This document shows, piece after piece, positions 53,111 through 63,032 of a DNA stretch of 64,000 nt (positions are counted from its first letter, which is position 1; every line of letters starts with the position of its first letter). Under the pieces are notes generated by a model. That model ran no database searches. It was not told where the DNA came from and worked only from the letters and a program-made list of their open reading frames with translations. This DNA is from Shimia sp. Lineage in GTDB: Bacteria > Pseudomonadota > Alphaproteobacteria > Rhodobacterales > Rhodobacteraceae. The position numbers and the translations under genes were made by a program. The DNA is taken from contig NZ_CBDDGH010000004.1 of the NCBI RefSeq assembly GCF_965227725.1, positions 78,536 to 142,535 on the forward strand. The letters run 5' to 3'.

Positions 53111-55006
53111 ATGGCTGATCCAAGAGGTCCCGGAATCGTAGACGGCACCGAAACAGACGACATTGTCGAAGTCGGAACCGTTGATGGACAAGGCGACACT
53201 GCAGACAGCTCCGGAAACACCATCAGCACGCAAGATGGCTCTGATACCATCCGTGCGGGTGCAGGTGATGATACGATCTTCGCAGGCAACGGCAGCGACC
53301 TGGTCTTTGGCGGGGCAGGCGACGATCGTATCATTGCCGACGAAACAGGTGCTGACAGCGATAGCTCCGAGCCCGCGGGCGACGACATCATCGTGGGCGG
53401 CGCAGGCAATGACACCGTATTTGGCGGTGCTGGCAATGACGCGATTTTTGGCGACTACAAACCAGGCACACCGCCGGTTCAGTCTGTGCGCGAAAGCTTC
53501 AACTGGGATGATCTGGGCGCGCAGGCCGACGGCGATGCCATCACCGCACCCCAGTCACAGGACACCGGCTCCGTTACCGTCACCCTGACCACGTCCGGCA
53601 CCACCTCCTTTGAAGCGGATGCGCAGCTGGTGAGCGGCCTCAACACCGGCGAAGAAGCAGCCAACCCAAACAGCGGCGCGCTGTCCGCAACCGGCAACGG
53701 CGTCAACGCCACAGCCACGCAAGCGCTGGCGTTTTCTGAAGCGGTTGAAAACGTTCAGTTCCGCATCAACGACATCGACGAGGACTCGGTTGTAAAGGTC
53801 CGCGCATGGGATGCGGACGGCAATCCGGTTGAGGTCACCCTCACCGCAAGCGATCTTACCAACCTGCATCTGGCTGACATCGACGGCGACGGCGCCACCG
53901 AGGCCTCCATCGCAGACGGCACTGCTCCCGGCGACGCAGAAGACGCCGACAATTCCGTCGTGGTCGACATTCCGGGCCCAGTGGCACGGTTGGAAATCAT
54001 CACCGTCAACCTGGATGATACGCCTGCCGACGTGACCATCAGCGATGTTTTCTTTGACGCCACGCCAGATGCGAATGATCTTCTGATCGGCGGCGCGGGT
54101 GACGACATCATCCTGGGTCAGTTTGGCGATGACACCATTGTCGGCATGGACGGCAACGACACCATGTTTGGTGGCGAAGATCAGGACACTTTTGTGCTGG
54201 TCGGCCCCGGTGATGTGATCGACGGCAATGAAAGCGGCGTGGATTTTGACACGATCAACCTCTTCCGCGCGGCAGAAGACGCCAATCCGGGTGGCACGTT
54301 GCGCATCGAATTTGATCCCGACAACGCGGAAAACGGCACCATTTTCTTTCTTGATGCCAATGGTGTGGAAACAGGCTCCGCCATTTTCCGCAACATCGAA
54401 AACATCACCGACACGCCAGTGGTGGTCTGCTTCACCCCCGGCACCCGCGTGCTGACCCCCATGGGCGAAGTGCCGGTCGAAAACCTGCAGGCAGGCGACA
54501 AGGTTGTCACCCGCGACAACGGCCTTCAGGAGATCCGCTGGACCGGGCGCAAACATGTCTCGGGCCGCGAGCTGATGAAAACGCCAAACCTGCGTCCGAT
54601 TCTGATCAAGAAAGGCACCCTTGGCCCCAACCAGCCGGAGCGGGACATGATGGTGTCTCCGAACCACCGGATGCTGCTGGTGTCAGAACGCGCCGAACTG
54701 CTGTTTGAGGAACGCGAGGTGCTGGTGGCTGCCAAACACCTGACCCATCTCGAAGGTGTGGAGCAGGTCGACACCGTGGGCGTCGAATACATTCACTTCA
54801 TGTGTGACCACCATGAGGTGGTGCTCGCAGATGGCGCATGGAGCGAAAGCTTCCAGCCCGGCGAATACTCGCTGGATGGCATCGGCCGCGAACAGCGCGA
54901 CGAAATCTACGCCCTCTTCCCAGAGCTGCAAAAGCTCGAAGGCCTGAAGCGCTACACCGCCGCGCGCCTGTCGTTGAAACGGGACGAAGCCAAGCTGCTC
55001 GGCTGA
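53111..55006 (+). CDS. RTX-type calcium-binding repeat protein with C-terminal Hint (Hedgehog/intein-like, Hint_2) domain
   Basis: 631-aa ORF with GGAGAGGAAGAGG upstream. Nonapeptide-like repeats: GAGDDTIFAGNGSDLVFGGAGDDRI, GGAGNDTVFGGAGNDAIFG, GGAGDDIILGQFGDDTIVGMDGNDTMFGGEDQD. The Hint module starts at VVCFTPGTRVLTPMGEVPVENLQAGDKVVTRDNG and includes VSPNHRML and HEVVLADGAWSESF. There is no signal peptide. Confidence 0.85.
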   Translation: MADPRGPGIVDGTETDDIVEVGTVDGQGDTADSSGNTISTQDGSDTIRAGAGDDTIFAGNGSDLVFGGAGDDRIIADETGADSDSSEPAGDDIIVGGAGNDTVFGGAGNDAIFGDYKPGTPPVQSVRESFNWDDLGAQADGDAITAPQSQDTGSVTVTLTTSGTTSFEADAQLVSGLNTGEEAANPNSGALSATGNGVNATATQALAFSEAVENVQFRINDIDEDSVVKVRAWDADGNPVEVTLTASDLTNLHLADIDGDGATEASIADGTAPGDAEDADNSVVVDIPGPVARLEIITVNLDDTPADVTISDVFFDATPDANDLLIGGAGDDIILGQFGDDTIVGMDGNDTMFGGEDQDTFVLVGPGDVIDGNESGVDFDTINLFRAAEDANPGGTLRIEFDPDNAENGTIFFLDANGVETGSAIFRNIENITDTPVVVCFTPGTRVLTPMGEVPVENLQAGDKVVTRDNGLQEIRWTGRKHVSGRELMKTPNLRPILIKKGTLGPNQPERDMMVSPNHRMLLVSERAELLFEEREVLVAAKHLTHLEGVEQVDTVGVEYIHFMCDHHEVVLADGAWSESFQPGEYSLDGIGREQRDEIYALFPELQKLEGLKRYTAARLSLKRDEAKLLG

Positions 55007-55164
55007 CATCGCGCGCCGCGCGCCGCAATCGCGCGCACCAAATATCGCTATGGGATGGGCTGGTCTTCGGGCCAGCCTGTCTCGTTTTTGCGCAGGCCTC
55101 TGGACAGCGCGCAGGCTTGCCTATTCAATCCGCCACAACTGCCCTCAAACTTGACGGAGCCGCT

Positions 55165-55938
55165 ATGCCTGCGCCCAAAAACACCTTCAAAGCCGCCCTT
55201 GCCGCCAAACAACCCCAGATCGGTTGCTGGATGAGCTTTGGCTCCCCCCTCGCCGCAGAGCTGATGTCCACCACCGGCTTTGACTGGCTGGTGATTGATG
55301 GTGAACACGCCCCCAATGACCTGCTCTCCATCACCGATCAGCTGCGCGCCATGAACGGGAGCGCCAGCCATCCGGTGGTGCGCGTGCCGATTTATGAGGA
55401 CTGGATTCTGAAACAGGTGCTGGATGCGGGCGCGCAAACCGTGCTGGTGCCGATGATCGACACCGCAGAAGAGGCCGCCGCCGTCGTGCGCGCCTGCCGC
55501 TATGCCCCCGCAGGCGTGCGCGGCATGGGCGGAGCTGGCTCCCGCGTGACCGGCTTTGGCGCCATTTCCGACTACGTCAGCAATGCCAACGAGGAAATCT
55601 GCGTGCTGGTGCAGGCCGAAAGCCGCGCGGCGCTGGCCAATCTGGATGAGATTCTTGCCGTGGATGGCGTCGATGGTGTCTTCATCGGCCCCGCAGACCT
55701 CTCTGCCGACATGGGCTTTCCCGGCAACTCCGATGAATCAGCGGTACAGGCGGCCATCGCAGAGGCCATTCAGACCATCACCAAAGCGGGCAAAGCCGCA
55801 GGCATCCTGACCTTTTCCCAAGAGGCTGCGAAACGCTATCTCGATCTCGGCGCGACCTTCGTGGCGGTGGGAATGGACACGCTCCTGCTCGCAAAAACCG
55901 CCCGCGCACTCTCAGCAGAGGTGAAGGCCCTGACCTGA
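55165..55938 (+). CDS. HpcH/HpaI family aldolase (2-keto-3-deoxy-acid aldolase)
   Basis: The 3' part of track ORF 54838..55938, started at ATG 55165 after GGAG (MPAPKNTFKAALAAKQPQIGCWMSF...). Blocks DWLVIDGEHAPND, VVRVP, QVLDAGAQTVLVPMI, FIGPADLS are present. Confidence 0.85.
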   Translation: MPAPKNTFKAALAAKQPQIGCWMSFGSPLAAELMSTTGFDWLVIDGEHAPNDLLSITDQLRAMNGSASHPVVRVPIYEDWILKQVLDAGAQTVLVPMIDTAEEAAAVVRACRYAPAGVRGMGGAGSRVTGFGAISDYVSNANEEICVLVQAESRAALANLDEILAVDGVDGVFIGPADLSADMGFPGNSDESAVQAAIAEAIQTITKAGKAAGILTFSQEAAKRYLDLGATFVAVGMDTLLLAKTARALSAEVKALT

Positions 55939-56351
55939 GGCGATTCCGCCGTCCCCACCAGCGGCCCAGCGACAGGCCGAACCCGCTCAGAAAACACATC
56001 ACATGCGTGGCTCAGCGCGCATGTGGACCCAACGTCAATGCGCTCAAATGGCACGCTATCTGCCCAAAGATCGGCTCCAAACGTGCCAAAACCGTATAAA
56101 AATTAGGCATTTTCTGCCTGCTTTCCCCTGCAACTCTTTCGTCATTTCATTGAAAATCTTCTGGCAACGCCCTTAAAAACCAAGGATATGGAGAGAGACG
56201 CGCCCTCTGGCACCTGCCAGGCGCGGCCCAAAGCCCAAGGCGCGCGGAACTTTCTGTTGCAGAGGCGGGGGGCCGGTTTCTAGGGTGTGTACGCAACAAA
56301 AAAGCGGCCTGTCCGCACCCAATAGGCAAAGACTTACTCAGGGGATCACAT

Positions 56352-57899
56352 ATGAGCGCACCGCTCCTTTCCATCAAAGGTCTGACCAAGGCCTACCCCG
56401 GCGTGGTGGCCAATGACGACGTCTCCTTTGACATCGGACACAACGAAGTACACGCCCTGCTCGGCGAAAACGGCGCGGGCAAATCCACGCTGGTGAAAAT
56501 GATCTACGGTCTGGTGAAGCCCGACAGCGGCGCCATGACATGGAACGGCCAGCCCTTCGCCCCGTCCGAGCCCAAAGCCGCCCGCGCCTCAGGCGTGGCC
56601 ATGGTGTTTCAGCACTTCTCCCTGTTTGACGCATTGAACGTGGCCGAGAACGTCGCCCTTGGCATGGAAAACCCGCCGTCGATGCGCGACCTTGCGCGCC
56701 GCATCCGCCGCGTGTCGGAAACCTACGGCCTGCCGCTCGACCCCAACCGCACCGTGGGCGACCTCTCTGCCGGGGAACGTCAGCGCGTGGAGATCATCCG
56801 CTGCCTGCTGCAGGACCCAAAACTGCTGATCATGGACGAACCCACCTCGGTTCTGACCCCGCAAGAGGTCGAAATCCTGTTTCAGACCCTCAACAAGCTG
56901 AAGGCCGAAGGCACCTCGATCCTTTATATCTCCCACAAGCTCGAAGAGATCCGCACCCTCTGTGACCACGCCACCATTTTGCGCCTTGGCAAGAATGTGG
57001 GCGAATGTGTGCCTGCCGAGACCTCCGCCCGCGACATGGCGGAGATGATGGTCGGCGACACGCTGCAAACACCGACCCGCACCACCGACAAAGCGGGCGA
57101 TGTGGTGCTGGATGTCTCTGGTCTCTCCATTGAGCCGAGCAATCCATTTGGCACCACGCTCAAAAACATCCACTTCACCGTGCGCGCAGGCGAAATCCTC
57201 GGCATCGGCGGCGTGGCTGGCAACGGGCAGGACGAACTGCTGGCCGCCCTCTCTGGCGAAGCGCTGACATGGCCGGATGCGATCAAGGTGAATGGCGAAG
57301 AGATTGCCAGCCTTGGCCCCAATGCCCGCCGCGAGCGCGGCATTCTGGCCGCCCCCGAAGAGCGTCTGGGCCACGCCGCTGCACCGGATCTGAGCCTGAC
57401 AGAAAACGCCCTGCTGACCGGGGCGATCCGCGAAGGGCTGACCAACAGGGGCTTTGTGAACTGGTCCAGCGCCAGTGACTTTGCCAACCGCATCATCAAG
57501 AGCTTTGACGTGCGCACCCCCGGCAACCACGTAGCCGCCCGCGCGCTTTCGGGAGGCAACTTGCAGAAATTCGTGATTGGCCGCGAAGTGCTGCAACGGC
57601 CCAAAGTGCTGGTGGTGAACCAACCCACATGGGGCGTGGATGCCGCCGCCGCTGCGGCCATCCGCCAATCCCTGCTCGATCTCGCCGCCGAAGGGGCGGC
57701 CATCGTTGTGATCTCACAAGACCTCGACGAACTGATGGAAATCTCTGACCGCTTCGGCGCACTGAACGAAGGCCGTCTGTCTGACATCCGCTCCGCCGCA
57801 GGGCTGACGATTGATGAAATTGGCCTGATGATGGGCGGTGCCCACGGCATGGAAGTCGCCCACGTGGGCGAGAACGACCAAGAAGGAGCAAGCGCATGA
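56352..57899 (+). CDS. ABC transporter ATP-binding protein, duplicated ATPase (BMP/nucleoside-sugar type)
   Basis: 515-aa ORF. Walker A is GENGAGKST, the signature is LSAGERQRVEI, and Walker B is LLIMDEPT. A degenerate second NBD carries LSGGNLQK. Confidence 0.9.
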   Translation: MSAPLLSIKGLTKAYPGVVANDDVSFDIGHNEVHALLGENGAGKSTLVKMIYGLVKPDSGAMTWNGQPFAPSEPKAARASGVAMVFQHFSLFDALNVAENVALGMENPPSMRDLARRIRRVSETYGLPLDPNRTVGDLSAGERQRVEIIRCLLQDPKLLIMDEPTSVLTPQEVEILFQTLNKLKAEGTSILYISHKLEEIRTLCDHATILRLGKNVGECVPAETSARDMAEMMVGDTLQTPTRTTDKAGDVVLDVSGLSIEPSNPFGTTLKNIHFTVRAGEILGIGGVAGNGQDELLAALSGEALTWPDAIKVNGEEIASLGPNARRERGILAAPEERLGHAAAPDLSLTENALLTGAIREGLTNRGFVNWSSASDFANRIIKSFDVRTPGNHVAARALSGGNLQKFVIGREVLQRPKVLVVNQPTWGVDAAAAAAIRQSLLDLAAEGAAIVVISQDLDELMEISDRFGALNEGRLSDIRSAAGLTIDEIGLMMGGAHGMEVAHVGENDQEGASA

Positions 57900-58975
57900 T
57901 CGCGCTTCAAAAACGCCCCACCCCGTCCCGCGCCCTGTCGCTGGCGACACCGCTGATCGCGGTCATCATCACCATGATCATGGGCGGCATCCTCTTTGCC
58001 GTGCTTGGCAAAAACCCGGTGGAAGCCATCCGCACGATCTTCTGGGATCCGGTGTTTGGCGAGTTTGCCTTCTACTATCGCCCGCAGCTCTTGGTGAAAG
58101 CCGCACCACTGGTGCTGATCGCCATTGGCCTGTCGCTGGGCTTTAAGGCCGGCATCTGGAACATCGGTGCCGAAGGTCAATACATCATGGGGGCCATCTG
58201 TGGCGCCGCCGTGGGGCTTGCGGTCTATCCGACAGAAAGCCGCCTGATCTTTCCGGTGATGATCCTTGCTGGCGCGCTGGGGGGCTGGGCCTGGGGCATG
58301 ATCCCCGCTCTGCTGAAAGTCCGCTTTGGCACCAATGAAATCCTTGTTTCCTTGATGCTTGTCTACGTGGCAGAGCAATTCCTGGCCTCCATGTCGCTGG
58401 GCCTTTTGCGCAACCCCGACGGCCACGGCTTCCCCGGGTCGCGCAACTTTGGCGACTACCCGGCGGCCAACAGCTGGATCAACGAGGCCGCAGGTCTGCA
58501 CTGGGGCATGGCATTTGCCTTTATTGCGGTGATCTTTGCCTATGTGCTTCTGAACCGTCACATCCTTGGCTTTAACATCCGCCTCACTGGCGAGGCCCCC
58601 CGCGCGGCCCGTTTTGCCGGCGTGAACCCCACCCGCCTGATCCTCTTCTGCCTTGGCACCTCCGGCGCACTGGCGGGTATGGCGGGTCTGTTTGAGGTCA
58701 CCGGCCCCTCCGGTCAGGTCAACATCGACTTTGCCTCAGGCTATGGCTTCACCGCGATCATCGTGGCTTTCCTCGGCCGTCTGCACCCGGTCGGCATCCT
58801 GCTCGCAGCCCTGCTGATGGCCCTCACATATGTGGGCGGCGATCTGGCACAGGGCAATTTGGGCCTGCCGTCAGCGGCCATTCAGGTCTTCCAGGGGATG
58901 CTCCTGTTCTTCCTCCTGGCACTCGACCTGCTCACCAACTACCGCGTGGTTCTGAAAACGAAGGGCGTCGCATAA
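57896..58975 (+). CDS. ABC transporter permease (BPD_transp_2 type)
   Basis: 359-aa polytopic ORF with an ATGA overlap with the ATPase gene. It has the typical IWNIGAEGQ block of BMP-system permeases. Confidence 0.9.
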   Translation: MIALQKRPTPSRALSLATPLIAVIITMIMGGILFAVLGKNPVEAIRTIFWDPVFGEFAFYYRPQLLVKAAPLVLIAIGLSLGFKAGIWNIGAEGQYIMGAICGAAVGLAVYPTESRLIFPVMILAGALGGWAWGMIPALLKVRFGTNEILVSLMLVYVAEQFLASMSLGLLRNPDGHGFPGSRNFGDYPAANSWINEAAGLHWGMAFAFIAVIFAYVLLNRHILGFNIRLTGEAPRAARFAGVNPTRLILFCLGTSGALAGMAGLFEVTGPSGQVNIDFASGYGFTAIIVAFLGRLHPVGILLAALLMALTYVGGDLAQGNLGLPSAAIQVFQGMLLFFLLALDLLTNYRVVLKTKGVA

Positions 58976-59895
58976 TGGATCTCTCAGCCATCAACCCCGT
59001 CCTTCTGATCGCCTCCCTCATGGTGGCGGCGACCCCGCTGCTGCTGGCGGCGATTGGCGAACTTGTTGTCGAGAAAGCCGGCGTGCTGAACCTCGGCGTC
59101 GAAGGTATGATGATCGTGGGCGCGATCTGCGGCTTTGCCATCGCGGTGGAGACCACCTCACCCATGCTGGGCCTGCTGGCCGCCATGGTCGGCGGCGCGG
59201 TTCTGTCGCTGCTCTTTGCCTTCCTCACACAGTTTGCACTGGCCAATCAGGTGGCATCAGGCCTCGCGCTCACGCTCTTTGGTCTGGGGCTCTCGGCCCT
59301 CATGGGCCAGTCCTATGTGGGCATCAAGCCGCCCGCTCTGGCGAAACTCGACATTCCGGTGATCTCAGACATCCCGGTGATTGGTCCGATCTTCTTCTCC
59401 CATGACCCCGTGCTTTACGTGGGCATCGCCCTCACTGCCGCTGTCTGGTGGTTCCTGAAAAAGTCGCGCGGCGGGCTGATCCTGCGCGCGGTGGGCGAAA
59501 GCCATGATGCCGCCCACGCGCTCGGATATAATGTCATCCGCGTGCGCATTCTGGCGATCATGTTCGGCGGCGCCTGCGCGGGCCTTGGCGGTGCCTATAT
59601 TTCGCTCATCCGCGTGCCGCAGTGGACCGAAGGCATGACCGCAGGCGTCGGCTGGATCGCCCTCGCCCTTGTGGTGTTCGCCAGCTGGAAACCCTGGCGC
59701 GTTCTTCTCGGTGCCTATCTTTTTGGCGGCATCAATGTTTTACAGCTCAATTTGCAGGCGGCAGGCATTGCCATTCCGGTCGAATACTTGGCAATGTCTC
59801 CCTATCTGATAACCATCCTCGTTCTGGTTATCATGTCGGCTGACAAGAGCGGCGCACCCGCCTCGCTTGGCCGTACCTTCCACGCCTCCCAGTGA
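58975..59895 (+). CDS. ABC transporter permease (second subunit)
   Basis: 306-aa polytopic ORF with a 1-nt TAATG overlap with the preceding permease. It has the GVLNLGVEGMM block. Confidence 0.9.
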   Translation: MDLSAINPVLLIASLMVAATPLLLAAIGELVVEKAGVLNLGVEGMMIVGAICGFAIAVETTSPMLGLLAAMVGGAVLSLLFAFLTQFALANQVASGLALTLFGLGLSALMGQSYVGIKPPALAKLDIPVISDIPVIGPIFFSHDPVLYVGIALTAAVWWFLKKSRGGLILRAVGESHDAAHALGYNVIRVRILAIMFGGACAGLGGAYISLIRVPQWTEGMTAGVGWIALALVVFASWKPWRVLLGAYLFGGINVLQLNLQAAGIAIPVEYLAMSPYLITILVLVIMSADKSGAPASLGRTFHASQ

Positions 59896-59938
59896 GGCAT
59901 ATGATAAAAAACTGCTACCAACAGGGGGATCTCCCAAA

Positions 59939-61018
59939 ATGAAATTCACCAAACTTCTGACAAGCGCAGCTGTCGCGCTGGGTCTGGCGACCACCGCCAT
60001 GGCCGACACCACCAAAGTGGGCTTTGTCTACGTTGGCCCAGTGGGCGACGGCGGCTGGACCTACGAGCACAACAAAGGCCGTCTCGCGGTTGAAGAGAAG
60101 TTCGGCGACAAAGTGGAAACCACCTTTGTTGAGAACGTGCCCGAAGGTGCCGACGCCGAGCGTGTGATCACCCAGATGGCGCTGCAGGGCGCAGACCTGA
60201 TCTTCACCACCTCTTTTGGCTACATGGACCCAACCATCAACGTCGCCAAGAAATTCCCGAAGGTGAAGTTTGAGCACGCCACCGGCTACAAACAGGCTGA
60301 CAACGTGTCCGTTTACTCCGCACGCTTCTACGAAGGCCGCGCGGTGCAGGGCCACATCGCAGGCAAGATGACCAAAACCAACAAGATTGGCTACATCGCG
60401 TCCTTCCCGATCCCGGAAGTGATCCGCGGCATCAACTCCGCCTACATCCACGCCAAGAAAGTAAACCCGGACGTCGAATTCTCCATCATCTGGGCCTACA
60501 CATGGTTTGACCCAGCCAAAGAAGCCGACGCAGCCAAGGCTCTGATCGAGCAAGGCGCAGACGTGATCCTGCAGCACACCGACTCCACCGCACCTCAGGC
60601 AGCGGCACAGGCGGCTGGCAACGTGATCACCTTTGGTCAGGCCTCTGACATGGGCGAATACGCACCGTTCCCACGTGTGTCCTCCATCATCGATGACTGG
60701 GCACCTTACTACATCGCACGTACCCAGGCTGTCATGGACGGCACTTGGGAATCCGTCTCCACATGGGACGGCATCGGCGCGGGCATGGTTGGCATCGGTG
60801 AAATCTCCGACGCGGTTCCAGCAGACGTGAAAGCCGAAGCACTGGCGCTGGTTGATGCACTGGCAGACGGCTCCTATCACGCCTTCACCGGCCCGCTGAA
60901 CAAGCAGGATGGCACCCCATGGCTGGCAGAAGGCGAAACCGCCGCTGACTATGGTGACGACGGCCTGGCAGGCATGAACTTCTACGTTGAAGGCCTGACC
61001 GCCGAGATCCCGAACTAA
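59939..61018 (+). CDS. BMP-family (Med/PnrA-like) ABC transporter substrate-binding protein
   Basis: Track ORF trimmed to ATG 59939 after AGGGGGA. The product starts MKFTKLLTSAAVALGLATTAMA/DTTKVGFVYVGPVGDGGWTYEHNKG (signal peptide plus the BMP N-terminal block). Confidence 0.9.
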   Translation: MKFTKLLTSAAVALGLATTAMADTTKVGFVYVGPVGDGGWTYEHNKGRLAVEEKFGDKVETTFVENVPEGADAERVITQMALQGADLIFTTSFGYMDPTINVAKKFPKVKFEHATGYKQADNVSVYSARFYEGRAVQGHIAGKMTKTNKIGYIASFPIPEVIRGINSAYIHAKKVNPDVEFSIIWAYTWFDPAKEADAAKALIEQGADVILQHTDSTAPQAAAQAAGNVITFGQASDMGEYAPFPRVSSIIDDWAPYYIARTQAVMDGTWESVSTWDGIGAGMVGIGEISDAVPADVKAEALALVDALADGSYHAFTGPLNKQDGTPWLAEGETAADYGDDGLAGMNFYVEGLTAEIPN

Positions 61019-61042
61019 GCCAGGCTTGGTTTTGAAACACAG

Positions 61043-61070
61043 AAGGCCCGCCACATTGGCGGGCCTTTTT
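61043..61070 (+). terminator. Rho-independent terminator of the ABC transporter operon
   Basis: The sequence aaggcccgcc-acat-tggcgggcctt is followed by TTTTT. The GC-rich stem ggcccgcc/ggcgggcc starts 25 nt after the stop. Confidence 0.8.
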
Positions 61071-61249
61071 GTATGGGCAGCCTAGCCAAAGGGCCGCAGG
61101 CCCGCGGGGCATCGCCCGACCTCCCCCACGGGAGGGCGATTTTGCACCGCCGGAGTGCCTAAGCATTGTTGTGTTTTATGGGAACTTCTTGCCAAGAATT
61201 GAGCTGAGGTCGCCCACCCGAGGTCGGGCGACACCCGGCTCTGGCCAAC

Positions 61250-61275
61250 AAAAAACCGGGCGCTCTCGCGCCCGG
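61250..61275 (-). terminator. Rho-independent terminator of the SPFH gene
   Basis: Stem ccgggcgc (61256-61263) / gcgcccgg (61268-61275) with loop tctc. The plus-strand A-run at 61250-61255 gives a U-run after the hairpin on the minus transcript. It lies 23 nt past the stop at 61298. Confidence 0.7.
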
Positions 61276-61297
61276 CTCAAACTTCACAACCCTTAGA

Positions 61298-62728
61298 TCA
61301 CTCAGCGATCGTGCGGTCGTAGTCCAGCCGCTCCGCCGCCTGTAGCGTCAGGATCTGGAACAGGCGGGATGCCTCATCATCAGCCCCCACCGGCGTTCCG
61401 CCGTCACCGCCACCGGAGCCAAACACATAGGTCGGCACATTCCGCTTGGCAAAGGCCTCAGCCCACAGCTTCTGGATTTCCACTTCGGCATCGAGCTTCT
61501 GCGCCAGCGCGTTGTCGGCTTCCAGGATTTTGCTCTTGGCATAGGCCTCCGCATCCGCAGCAACCTGCACCGCCTCCGCATCAATCCGCGCCTTATCCAG
61601 CAGGATCTCAGACTGCTCCTTGGCAATCCGCGCCGCTTCACGCTCCCGCTCCGCAGCCGTGATCGCCAGCTGCTTTTCGGTCTCCGCATCGGTGGTCCGC
61701 TCAATCTGGATCACCTTGGCCGCGGCCTGACGTTCCGCCACTTCGCGTTCACCACGCGCCACGGCCAGAAGCTTTTGCTCTTCTTCCTGAATGCGCTGCT
61801 CACGCGCAATCGCACGATCCGCGGCCGCCTGCTGGCGTAACGCCATCCGGTCCTTAAATTTCTGGTTCGGGTTCACATCGGTCACACGCGCGGAGGTTAC
61901 CGAGATCCCAAACTGGGTGAACGACTGCTGCTTGCGGCGTGGCTGACCGGTTTCATCCAGCAGCTTCTGCACCACAAAAACGGTCTTGGTGTCATCACCA
62001 AACTCTTCCTGATCTTCCCCAAGCGCGGCATTCGCCGATCCTGCCCGGTTCTGACCAGAAGACACCTGTGTCTCAATCCGGCGCACAAGATAGATCCCGT
62101 CTTCCATCTGGCGCTGGAATTCATTGTTAAATTCCGTCTTGCCGCCCTGGAAGTAATCTTCGGCAGACATCAACGCAGCGGTCGCACCCAGCGTCTCTTC
62201 AAAAGCCGGCACCAGTTCCGTGCGCAGCAGGTTTTCCGGCGTGCGGTACTGACGCGCCAGTCGCAGGAACGCCTCCTCATCAGAGGGCAGTTCAAACCGC
62301 GAGGTCGCAGACACAAAGGCATCCACCTGATCCAGGAACACCAGCGACTTTGGCGCAAGGTTCGCGCTCATCTGCGCGCTTTCTGCCTCAGCCACCACTT
62401 CGCCCCGTCCGGTCGAAGAGGCCTGCACCGACATCGCGTTCTTCCACGCATTGTAGCGGCCAAAGAGATAGAGGTTATAGCCCGTGTCAGACACCATCTT
62501 CTCTTCGCCCAGAATGGTGCGCACGTGGTATTTGAAACCCGGCTCCGCGTAAAAGAACATGCCGTTAAACAGGCTGCCCACCAGCATCAGCAAACCGGTC
62601 GCTTTCACAAACCATCCGGCGATGTTCACCGTGCCATCCACATTGGGTTTGTCCGGAAACTCAATAGAGCGCCGCAGCACATAGCCTGCAGCAATGACAA
62701 AGATCGAAATTATTGGCAAAAATAGCAA
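61298..62728 (-). CDS. SPFH/Band-7 (prohibitin-like) domain membrane protein with long Ala/Glu/Arg coiled-coil tail
   Basis: For track ORF 61298..62809 I prefer the in-frame TTG at 62728, preceded by GGGAGAG ((M)LFLPIISIFVIAAGYVL...). It has an N-terminal TM pair, an SPFH-like core and a C-terminal repeat-like AAADRAIAREQRIQEEEQKLLAVARGEREVAERQAAAK.... The start is uncertain. Confidence 0.7.
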   Translation of the reverse strand: MLFLPIISIFVIAAGYVLRRSIEFPDKPNVDGTVNIAGWFVKATGLLMLVGSLFNGMFFYAEPGFKYHVRTILGEEKMVSDTGYNLYLFGRYNAWKNAMSVQASSTGRGEVVAEAESAQMSANLAPKSLVFLDQVDAFVSATSRFELPSDEEAFLRLARQYRTPENLLRTELVPAFEETLGATAALMSAEDYFQGGKTEFNNEFQRQMEDGIYLVRRIETQVSSGQNRAGSANAALGEDQEEFGDDTKTVFVVQKLLDETGQPRRKQQSFTQFGISVTSARVTDVNPNQKFKDRMALRQQAAADRAIAREQRIQEEEQKLLAVARGEREVAERQAAAKVIQIERTTDAETEKQLAITAAEREREAARIAKEQSEILLDKARIDAEAVQVAADAEAYAKSKILEADNALAQKLDAEVEIQKLWAEAFAKRNVPTYVFGSGGGDGGTPVGADDEASRLFQILTLQAAERLDYDRTIAE

Positions 62729-63032
62729 ATTCTGCTCTCCCTGTTGTTGTTTCACCTGTCTGCCATATAGGCATTCCGGCACCTGCATGCCGTGAAACAG
62801 GCGGCTCAACCGCTAAATCCATGATGTCTTAGAAAGCGTGTCGCCTCGCCTTTGGGTAGTATTTATTGCCCCTCAGACGCGCATGTTGCACAAAAGCCAC
62901 TTTTCGAAATCTGTCCCGCGGCGGCCCGCATTTGGCCGCCTGAAACAGCGCTTTTAAGGCGATGACTCCCACCATTTGACAGCCCTTGGAGGACACAGGC
63001 ACAATCGCCCTGTAATCCGAAAGGAATTTGGT

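Noticed and set aside
56924-58561. 545-aa minus-strand ORF (plus 56589..57668, 359 aa) over the ABC ATPase and permease genes.
   Set aside because: It is antisense to genes with Walker A/B and permease motifs. The Arg/Ala/Pro/Ser-rich composition is typical of antisense translation in high-GC DNA.
62845-62870. A 13-nt identity TAGTATTTATTGC preceded by CCTTTG occurs both here and inside the IS3 left end (30804-30822). This could be an IS fragment or a shared regulatory box.
   Set aside because: Dozens of 13-mer coincidences are expected by chance within 64 kb on both strands. The similarity does not extend convincingly beyond about 20 nt (a nearby TGTCGC has different spacing).
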